DNA of 63,936 bases, counting the filler, from Trichomonas gallinae (lineage: Eukaryota): NCBI GenBank assembly GCA_008369845.1. It is 5 parts of 5 records of this genome, joined end to end, with 100 filler letters (N's around TTAATTAATTAA, not from the genome) between each part and the next. Parts side by side here need not be neighbours in the genome. Positions count along the whole stretch, not along the records: positions 18,813 to 35,521 come from MRSU01000827.1; 4 more parts are not named here. One strand, given 5' to 3'. The notes under the pieces were generated by a model that made no database searches, had not been told where the DNA came from, and saw only the letters and a list, made by a program, of their open reading frames with translations. A program made the translations under genes and the position numbers. This document shows, in pieces, positions 20,754 to 31,200 of the stretch; the first letter of the stretch is position 1; each line of letters starts with the position of its first letter.

Positions 20754-22340
20754 ATGGCAGCTGTTTCACAACTGAACTCTCAGGCAGAGCTTTATCGCCA
20801 TAACCAAGCTCTTTCAATGAATCTCAACGCATCGCACTCACTTGCAGACATTTTGAAGACGAATTTGGGCCCATGCGGAACATTGAAGATGTTAGTCGGC
20901 GGAGCTGGTGATGTGCAACTCACAAAGGATGGAACTGTCCTTTTAAAGAATTTAACAATCATTCATCCAACTGCAATTATGATTTCTCGCGCAGCAGCTG
21001 CTCAAGATGAAAATACAGGAGATGGAACAACTTCTACAATTGTTTTGATCGATGCAATGCTCAAGCAATGCGAAAGACGCCTTGCTGAAGGTGTTCATCC
21101 ACGTGTTCTCACAACAGGTTTAGAAGCTGCTCGTGATGAAGCTCTTAAATTCATCGAAAAATTCAAATCCACACCAAAAATCGACAGAGATTTCCTTCTT
21201 AACGTTGCTCGTACATCTCTCTGCACAAAACTCCCAACAGAGCTTGTTGATCAACTCACACAAATTGTTACAGACGCTGTTCTCGCAATCAAGCGTGATG
21301 GTGAGAAGGTTAACCTCTTCATGGTTGAACAGCTCACAATGATGTCGAAGCTTGCTTCAGATACAGCTTTAATTCGCGGTTTAGTTCTTGACCACGGCTT
21401 CCGCCATCCATCTATGAAGCGTGATATGCACAACGTCTACATCCTCACATGCAATGTCTCACTTGAATTCGAAAATACCGAAGTCAACACACAATTCGCA
21501 TCTAATGCTGCTGACATGCGCGAAAAAATGGCTGAAGCTGAGCGTAAATTCGTTGATTCGAAGGTCCAGAAGATTATCGACCTCAAGAACAAAGTCTGCA
21601 AGAACGGCGAAGACTTCCTCGTCGCAAACATGAAGGGAATTGATCTTCCTTCTCTCGAGAAACTTCAGCGCGCAGGAATTTCTGCTGTCCGCCGCGCCAA
21701 GCTGAGGAACATGGAGAGATTGACTTTGGCGTGTGGAGGCCGCCAGATGAACTCAGTCGAGAGCCTTGAACCAGACTGCCTCGGCTGGGCCGGCCACGTT
21801 TACGAGAAAATCGTCGGCGAGGACCACTGGACATTCATCGAGGATGTCAAAGATCCACGCTCAGTCACAATCTTGATGCGAGGCCCCAACAACCACACAC
21901 TCAAGCAGATGCAAGACGCTGTCAGAGATGGACTCAGAGCTGTCAACAATGCAATCGAAGACGGCTGCGCAATTGCTGGCGCTGGCGCATTCGAGGCAGC
22001 TCTTTGCGCGCATTTGAACGAGTACAAGAAATCGGTCTCAGGAAAGAACAGATTAGGCATTGAAGCATATGCGGGGGCACTCCTCGAAATTCCAAGAGTC
22101 CTCGCGCAGAATGCAGGACATGATGCAGTCGACTGCTTAGTAGCTCTTCAAGCTGCTGCAGACAGAGGTGAAGTTAAAGGTCTTGATTTGGAAACAGGCG
22201 AAGTTTTGGATCCGAAGGAAAAGGGAATCTGGGACAACTATTGTGTCAAACGCCAACAAATACAGTCTGCTCCTCTCATTGCTACACAGCTATTACTCGT
22301 TGATGAAGTTCTCAAAGCAGGTGTCGAAATGCGCAAGTAA
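20754..22340 (+). CDS. CCT6: T-complex protein 1 subunit zeta (CCT chaperonin)
   Basis: LKTNLGPCGTLKMLVGGAGD, GDGTTS, GLVLDHGFRHP, KGID.PSL and IWDNYCVKRQ are zeta-type signatures. Confidence 0.97.
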   Translation: MAAVSQLNSQAELYRHNQALSMNLNASHSLADILKTNLGPCGTLKMLVGGAGDVQLTKDGTVLLKNLTIIHPTAIMISRAAAAQDENTGDGTTSTIVLIDAMLKQCERRLAEGVHPRVLTTGLEAARDEALKFIEKFKSTPKIDRDFLLNVARTSLCTKLPTELVDQLTQIVTDAVLAIKRDGEKVNLFMVEQLTMMSKLASDTALIRGLVLDHGFRHPSMKRDMHNVYILTCNVSLEFENTEVNTQFASNAADMREKMAEAERKFVDSKVQKIIDLKNKVCKNGEDFLVANMKGIDLPSLEKLQRAGISAVRRAKLRNMERLTLACGGRQMNSVESLEPDCLGWAGHVYEKIVGEDHWTFIEDVKDPRSVTILMRGPNNHTLKQMQDAVRDGLRAVNNAIEDGCAIAGAGAFEAALCAHLNEYKKSVSGKNRLGIEAYAGALLEIPRVLAQNAGHDAVDCLVALQAAADRGEVKGLDLETGEVLDPKEKGIWDNYCVKRQQIQSAPLIATQLLLVDEVLKAGVEMRK

Positions 22341-22539
22341 AATTTTGCATTAACATTTTTTGATGCTAATTTTCATCCTAATTGTTTTTTATGCTATAAT
22401 ATAATGATAGTGTAACCAAATGAATTATATATTTGTGAGAATTCATAGTAAAAATTTTTCATTTTTCATCAATGCAAAAAGATTGATTTTACTAATTTAG
22501 GTACCTAAATTTAGGTACCTGTGTACACAGATGAATGTA

Positions 22540-23790
22540 GCAGTATGATGCAATCATAATGAATCTATCACTCAATGATATAGATGTAACAAATTGTATG
22601 CTAAAGATGTGAGTGTGAATTCGCATCTGATTCATACAGAAAATTTTCATTGATAAATCTCTGCAATCAATCATTTTCTTCGAGAATCAAATAGCAGCAT
22701 GATTCAGTCATTCATTGTATGTCACTATTACATTTATCGACATAGCTTATGGCGTTCATATTTCGACTGCATCTGTGAATTCATATCAGAATCAGATGAG
22801 AGTATGACTGTGGTTGCGATCGACTCTTATGTCGCATCATTCGAGTTTGACAGCGAGAAGACGATGAATCGCGTTAGTTTGAATTTAGTTTAAATTTCAT
22901 TATTATACAGATGGATGAGATGAAAACAGACATAATCACAACGAGACTCGTCAACCTTCAATCACTCTGTGTCGAGAGAGGATATTGTGAAGTCGAAGAC
23001 AGTCTCATCGATGAAATATAAAATGTTGCGATGAACGAAGATGCCGACATCGAGAAATTCGCAGGAGAGTCTGTCATCAGGATATCATCGATGAAAGACC
23101 ACAATATAAACCACAAGATGTTTAGTATGTTCTTCAACGGAATACTCGATGAGACTATGAACGCAGACTCAGTCGAGACATGCTACAAGTGTGCGAAGAT
23201 CGTCAGCAAGAACTTATCAGAATCTCTTGCAGCATCATGTTCAACGATGAGAGAAGCGCGATGATGACTGCCAATATAGTGATATCAAGAAAAAATTTCT
23301 TCACTCAAATCTTGCGATAAATGTCATTAAACAGATAGAATCATCAGAAACACTGACAAAATCGTCGAGTCTCTCGCAGTGCAAATACAGAACGCGAGGG
23401 ATCTCAGAGACCAAAGGATGATAAACACAGTTTCAAACATAGTTCACTCGATACACGAGATGAATCCAAATGTAACAAACGATATGATGAGATATCTAGT
23501 CTCATGTGGATACGTCGAGTGCAGACAAAAGAACAATAAGATCAGTTCAATTTCAGACATCGACTTCGATATCGCGTACTGCAGAACTATGATCAACCAA
23601 GGCATCAAATGCACTTACTACATCAATCGAACGATGTCAGACATAGAGAAATTCACAAAGAATGATTTTTCGCTATTCACTGGATGATAACAAAATCTTA
23701 ATCAGTCAATGCACTGCAGACTTCCTTTCACAATTTTTCTCAGATAACATTGAGACATTTCTATCCAAGCTTGAAATCATTTCTGCTTGA
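22540..23790 (+). pseudogene. Fragmented coding region with frameshifts and stops and an internal ~594-nt repeat
   Basis: Successive short ORFs at 22699, 23031 and 23379 with distinctive composition. GACATCGAGAAATTC at 23046 and GACATAGAGAAATTC at 23640 (both DIEKF). Confidence 0.55.
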
Positions 23791-24520
23791 TTTTCTTTTA
23801 TTTATTTTCTTCATAATAAACATTATTTTAATTTAGCTTATATTATGATGGTTTTTATACAACCACAAATAAGAAAATTGACAAAAAATTTAGGTAAGAA
23901 ACATTTTTGCAAAGAAATTTCGGTTTCTTTGTGATCCACGAAGATAGAATACCACTAGATGTTTGGGAAAAATACTGCGGCAACGAGCTTCCTGATGAGA
24001 AATGCGTTAATAATTCATGTAATTTTACTTCAATCCTAATTGGAAACTCTCATATTATATCTCTATCTTGTACATCTACAGCAAATTAGACAAAATAATT
24101 CATACTTTCTATAACTTAAATCAAACATTGAGACCGTTACATCTGTGCTAGTGATTATTTCTACATGTTTTATTTTGTTAATTTAAATTATAATTTATTT
24201 TTGAACTAATTCTGTTTCAATAATCTTATTGTGAAGCTAAAACATGATGAAACGATATATATAGTAACGTATAATCGATTTCGAAATTAAGATTCATTAA
24301 ATTATTATCTTGATGTCTAAGATTTGAGATCATGAATCATTTATTAAAGTTATTATCATGTGTTCATGTAGCTGGTTAAAATTAAACTTACTCCAAAAAA
24401 ATTCTACAACAAACATATTTTGAAAAGGCCAAGTATGGAACTTGAGAGTCACATAGATGAAAGTAAGTAAATTATCTGAATAATAAGCAGGAAAATTGAA
24501 ATTTGATAATAGAATTTTTC

Positions 24521-24865
24521 TTAATTCTTGCAGTATCCTTCGAGTTGTGCACGATAAATTTCCGCAATTATATAATTTTCATTACTGTATGGTAAAATAT
24601 TTGATGTATCAGGTGCATTTGCCAAGATGATTCCAAAATTTTCGACAGCTTTCATTAAGTGGTTTGCAGCTTTGATATTTTCATCAAGTAATGCACAAAT
24701 CGGATGTTCTGATGAAGAATTGATATCAATCGAGATTTGATTGAGCATATCTTCAACAGGATCATTTTCCAAACCCACATTCTGAATGTATTTTCTTTTT
24801 TCAATACCAAAGCATTCGCATTCATGCTTACAGTGATGACAGTGGCAACAATCAGATTGACTCAT
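24521..24865 (-). CDS. Small hypothetical protein with a Cys/His-rich N-terminus
   Basis: ATG after an A-run; MSQSDCCHCHHCKHECEC. Confidence 0.6.
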   Translation of the reverse strand: MSQSDCCHCHHCKHECECFGIEKRKYIQNVGLENDPVEDMLNQISIDINSSSEHPICALLDENIKAANHLMKAVENFGIILANAPDTSNILPYSNENYIIAEIYRAQLEGYCKN

Positions 24866-25210
24866 TTTTTTTTTAATTTGTTTTATTGAAAAATTAAAAA
24901 ATAAACCTAATATATCACACAAGCAACTAATTTTAATGATGATTGAAAAGTGAATTTTTTTTTTTATCGATGAGAGAGTAGTAGATTCTTCGCAATACCA
25001 GGAAAAATAATCGAATAGCTTTTGAAGCCAATGACTTTCATGGTTAGTATGCCATCAATATTGTGGATAAGCAAACTCGGATTCTCAAAAGAAAGTGAAA
25101 ATACATCATCGTTTATATATATTTCGATGATTATCAAAAAAAAAAAAAAAAAAAATACATATAAATAAAGATAAATAGTAAAAAATATAATAAAATATAA
25201 TAAAAAATAC

Positions 25211-28200
25211 TTACAATTTAACATAAAATGGGAAAATGCTAATCTGGGCGTTGTCCGTTATGGCTAAAGCAATGTTTTGTTCAGGAACAGCGCCAATATG
25301 TTTGACTTTAGACTTGCATCTATATAAGACTGGGCCAAGTGTCAAGAAGAATACTTCGAACGCGAAAACTTTGCCGCGGTCATCTGCGAGAATGACGCAG
25401 TCGATACCTTCTGATGTGCGCCACGTGTCCCAAGCACGCACACAGTTATCAATTTTGACTTCACCTAATTTCATTCCGTTGATATTGTACAAATGAAGAT
25501 AATGATGTAATCTTCCATCATACAATTCATCACAAGAGACAAGAATGAATCCATTTCCTTTTGTGATTGTAACCATTGTTGGCGTGCGTCCACACAAATC
25601 AACGACTTGTGTAACTTCACCTCTTGAAAGCGAGCACAACAAAAGTGAGCAATCTCTTGTTCCGCAAACAAGTTCGTCGTAAGCAGATGAAACAGCAATG
25701 CACTTGATACTGTCGCAGAATGTTGGAACGCTCCTGTATCTCTCATAGTTTCTGAAAAGAGCAACTCGTGCATCTTTTCCTGCACAAGCAATCCACTGCT
25801 GGTCAGCTGCGAGTCCGACAATTCCGCAGTTGTGCTTGATGATGACATTTGACTGCGGCTGGTCTGTTTTGATGTTGTAAACTGTGCAGCCGTCTTCACC
25901 AACGAAAAGGAAGTCGTTGCCATAAGTTGTAGAAAGCATGTGCAATGTTGTCAGTTTAGGAGCCAAATCAATAATGTTTTCGCTCTGCAATTTGTAGCCA
26001 GTCGGCTTCGGACTATTATCAGTTGTTGAGGCTCCGTTAAGAATTGAAGCTGCTAAGCTGTCGTTTGATTTAGCTTCAGCTAGTTGCTGAGGGCCACTTG
26101 TCAACGAGCGGCTTCTTCTCTGATTTTGAGCGACAACATTAAAGCTGTGCAGCTTCCTAAAGTTCACACGGCATTTGTGGCAGGCTCCATCTTTGCCAAT
26201 CAAAATTGCAACAACTTTTTCAGTTCCTCCAATTGTTGACGCGAAAATCAAATTCCTCATGCCGACTTCGAGCGTAATTGGTGGCAATTGTTTAGGAGGA
26301 GTCTCGAATCTTGGCTGCCTGCGTGGATGAGGCTCTGTGAACAAAGGAGGAGGAATCTGGCCAACGTTTGCCAAAACTGCTTCAATACCATCTCGTTCTT
26401 CAGCAGATATATTTGGATGTCTGTCCCAAACATCGCTGTACATCTCTGGTTTGTATAAGTTCTCAGGTGATTTCTGCTTGATGCCCCAGATTAAGTCTAT
26501 CCACTGGTGAAGGTGCAGAGAAACATATTCGCTTTCTAATGCACGTCTGTTCATGTAAACGAATTCTGCGGCACTCTTTGCCCATGGTGGAAGAGTCACA
26601 TCACCAACTTTTGCGCCGTTGAATGATCCGAGGTCGAATCCGTTTAAGTTCAACAAAAATTCTGGGCAGAAGAAAAATTCAGGAAGCAGTTCTCTGAAGT
26701 TGTTCTTGTGAGTTGTAACATTATGATATGTCTCAACGATTGAGTAGAAAATTCTTGCAGTGTGGTCGAATCTTCCTCCTTGAATATCAATATGCAGTGT
26801 TGCAAATGGTTCCATTCTCATCAGCCACAAATAAATTGCCAAAGGACATGATGGACCGGAAGAAAACAGATATGGATCAACACCCATCTCAGCGAGTTCT
26901 TCTGCCTTTTCTTTCAACTCAGAATAACGCTTAGCGTCTGTCAAACCGATTGGAACATCGAGTTTCCTATATATGTTTGGATCTCTCAAATCTAATGAAC
27001 TAGATGAGTAATCTGAGATGACCCATGGCAAGAATGGATACTGCGATGATGAGTTGAATGACCTGCCTGAGATCAAGTTCAAGAACATCAAGTACTCGAA
27101 GTTAGAAATCTTCCTCGAAAGCCATTGCTGAGTTTTATTCGACTCAACGAGGAATTGCGCTGGATTTGATGGAGCAATTTTGTCGCTGCCTTTGAAGTAA
27201 GGAACAATCTTTTCGACATTGCTGCTTGTCCTGAAATCGATGAAATATGAGTTGTGGTAATAAGTGAATATTTCGAGGGCAGTTGGATGATGGCAGTATG
27301 TTCTTCTCATAACGAGTTTGACGTCCTTCATCAAAATAGATGTTGTCCTGTCGTCTGATTTTGTGATTGTCAGCATATCTACTGAGATCCTGAAAACAAT
27401 CTCGTGGATCTTGTTGACTTTGACTAACGCGCAGTTTTGTATTTCGATTCTTTTAGTGATTGAGTTCTTGTTCGAGTCTGTTTCTGTTTCACTTTTCTCG
27501 TGGAAATCTTCGACTTCCAAAATTCTCGCTGGTGCAATTGATTTCATCAAGTTTGCTGATTCTGCGCGATATCTCTCGAGTCTCTCATTTGCATCGTCAT
27601 CGTTGCCTGTATCTCTGATGAAAGAAGCACCCATGTGATCGTCGAATTTGTAGTTTCGTCTGACTTTGAACGGGCAGAAATACTCGCACCACGAGTTATC
27701 ACGCTTGTAATGCAAGACACGCATATCTTTGTGTAGTGATGAATTCCATGGTGCGCGTGTTGTTGTCATTTGACGCCACAAACTCTGCCAGTGCTTCGAA
27801 GAAATTTGGTTCTTTCTCTCGATTTCTAATTCCATGTGATTCACGTTGTAATCTGGGAATGTGTAGTTGTTTAATATAGTGACAGCTCTCTGCCAGTTGG
27901 TGTTGCTTTCGTTTAAGGCTGATTCTAGTAATTGAATGGATAAAGATGGTTTGAAATTGGAGAAGAATTTTTCGAGTGAATCGTATGCACACTTTGAATA
28001 TTCCTGGGGCGTCATTTCTGTTAATGTTGGAACGTTCATTGAATGTTGTTCGTATGTTATTAGACCTTGCAACTGTGGTGTTTGTAATACATCAGGAACG
28101 CTGGGAACGTTTTTGGCTGATGATCTGATTAAGAATGCGCACAAAATTGACGCTGTGTCTATTTCTGTGCTGTTGATTTGCGAGAAAATTATCGACACGA

Positions 28201-31200
28201 TCTTCTTAGCTAAATCGATATCAGCCCATTTGCCATCTTTGTATCTTATAATAGAGTGTGATTTCAAGTCACCGTACTGATAAGGAGTCAATGGGAATTC
28301 GCCGAAAGCAATTGAATTCTTAAGTTTATTGTTTGTAGATAATAGTGGTGTATCAGCGAAAATGCTTTCATTGTATAAGTCAATTAATGGAGAATTGTCA
28401 TCTGTGAAATGACAGAACATGAATTGTAGAGAAAGCTTGATTAGTGAGTCTGGATTAATCTTCGCTTTGCTGTCAAGGGCTGTTTCAGCAGCTCTGTTCA
28501 ATAAAATCGATTTGACATCATCAGGATTTCTTCCCAAATTTCTTCCGCATAAATCAATCGCTGAGTAAACCAACGGAAGATCATCGTAAAATGACAAAAC
28601 CAGGAACTCAATGATTTTGGCGACTTTAGGACGTGTTGCTATAAATAATAAAGGTAATGTCATCGTGTAATTTACGTTTTTCGCTTTCAAGTCTGGATTT
28701 GGTCTGAGTTTTCTTGTGAGTTTTCCTACAGCGAGTTTGCCGAGATTGAAAGCCATTCTTGAGCAGAAAGGAAGCAGCTCCGGTATTTCACTAAGTAATT
28801 TAAGAGATGCCACGTAAACTTGCTTTGATAAAAATGTCTGTGGCAGTTCAGCCAAAATTTTAACAATATGATCTGTCTTTGTTATGTCGATGAATTTTCT
28901 GTCATGTGCTAATATCAATACTTGTATTGTTCTCGTGAATAACCTTGGATGGCCGACATTGAATAAAACATGCAATCTGAAGATTTGTTTAGTAATGAAG
29001 TCGTGTGAGAAAGAAAGCAAAATTGTTGACTTCATGAAATCTTGCAATAAATCAATCAAATCGAAAACTTGATTAATATCATTAGTCTTTGTTATTCCTG
29101 TTATCAAATATTCGAAATCTGATTCAGTGAACTGGAAATTAGCAACACTCAAAGCTGTCTGCATAATAGAAACTCTCAAGTGATGCATCTTCACCGGCAA
29201 ATCTCTGAATCTTTTTGCACTAATTGATAATTCGTTAGCAACGTAAAAGTAATAAGCGATGCTTACATCAATCCACCAAGTAAATGACCTGCTGTTGAAA
29301 ATAAATGAAGGAATCTTCTTGAACAAAACATCCTTCCAATGTACCAAAATCTGCCTGTTTTCAGATGGAGTTGTTTTGATCCATAAACTTGGATTGAAAA
29401 CAATCATGTCGCAGATCTCTAACTTTAATTCGCCCATTGGTAGGCTGGCCATTAAATCATAGAACTTAAGATATAATGCGTAAGTGAAATTGCTGTCATC
29501 GCTTGATAAGAGTAAATGGTAAATGATTGATGTAGAATTTGATGACAAAAACTGCTGAATGTTGCTTGGTGACAAAAGTAATGCTTTCTTTGTGACAAAA
29601 ATTAATTTCTCCAAAAAGTTTGGTGGCCTTTGGCCGTTTTTCTCGCTCATATCTATTTGCGCAAATAATGGTAATAAAATGGTTATCTTGCATGAATCGA
29701 ATAATACATTAACGAAATTTGTTGTCTGTTTCATTCCGACTTTGTTGTAGTTTAATTCAATTCCTTCCATCTGATATACTTTGACTAGATCGAACAAGCC
29801 GTTTGAGTCTTCAGGTTTGTATGCGAATATTGCGTTCTGTGGATTGAAAAGTCTTGGACCGTTATTATATGTCTGCTCTGAATATTCCGAATCGCATAAC
29901 ACGAATGGGCCGAGTTTGCACATATTAATATTATTTGTGTGGGTTGTTCTCGCTTGATTTATTACGCATGTCAAGTAGTTTCTATTGAATTTGAATTCTG
30001 GGATTGTCATGCTATCGAAGACTACTTTATCGTTGAATATTAAAACAGCTTGAGAAAAGTTATCGTATGCTTTGAATGTCAGATTTATATATACCCAATG
30101 ATTGAGCTCTATATATTCGACGCAATTCATTCCGAATCTTACATCAGACGACAATAATTCCATTCTTAAACAGTCCTGCGAATAAATAAAAGATAATTTG
30201 CTGTCATTACTGTCAGATAAAGAAAATAAAATTATCGGTGATTCAACTTTGACAGGGTAGAACCAGAAACCGAAATTAAAACCGTTTGACACAGCACTTG
30301 TTGGAATGTATTTGATTTCTATTTGAGAATTAGATAATAATGACCATGCGGACTGCGGTGTCTTATACGCGTTGTCGATTTTCTTTTCGATGAAGTCGAT
30401 GCATTTCATGTGGAATTTGGATAGATATCTACCGTCTACTGGACAGAAAAGAGAAATAAAAGACTGAACGACACCAACCGAGCATGATTTCGCTGAAATT
30501 CTTGCTATCAAATCAAGTAATGCGTCGATTAGATCGAAATTGACGTTTTCGTTCGATTTTTGTTCGAATAAAAGATTAATGCAAAACAAATCTAATTCGC
30601 CTTCGTGCGCTTTCATGCTGTTATACTGCGAGCCCGAGATAATACTCGCTAGTTTCTTTGTGCAATCGAAAATTTCTTGTGAATTTAGATAAATATTCAA
30701 GTAAAGAGTTAATGCGTGCGGCTGCTGGACTGTAAATGAGCCATAAGTGACTGAAATCTCCTTGCCTGCAATTAATTGGACGATTGCTCGCGATAAATTG
30801 GAGCTTGGATCCTTGCAGCCGAGTTGCGAGGAAGATTTGAGTAATGCAGCAGCTTCATGAGGCCTGAGCTGATGAACAGGCGAAATAATGACTAAGAAGA
30901 GAATTAACTGTATGAGAAGTTCTTCATGGTTTGATTGTTGTAATGAAATTAAAGTATTCAAAATCGGATCTACAATTGGCTCGAATTTCAGCATTAAATC
31001 TGGTATAGAACGTAAACATGAATTCATACAGTTTAATATGCCGGTCGGTATCTGTAGATATTCTGGACTTCCAATATGAATAAAATCGCAATTTAGAGTT
31101 AAAATGATATTTGAGATTATTTGGTCGATGATTTGGTTGTTAGAGTTTGATTGGTCGCTGAGGAAAACTGTTAAAAACGCGAGAACGTGTTCTCTCAATG

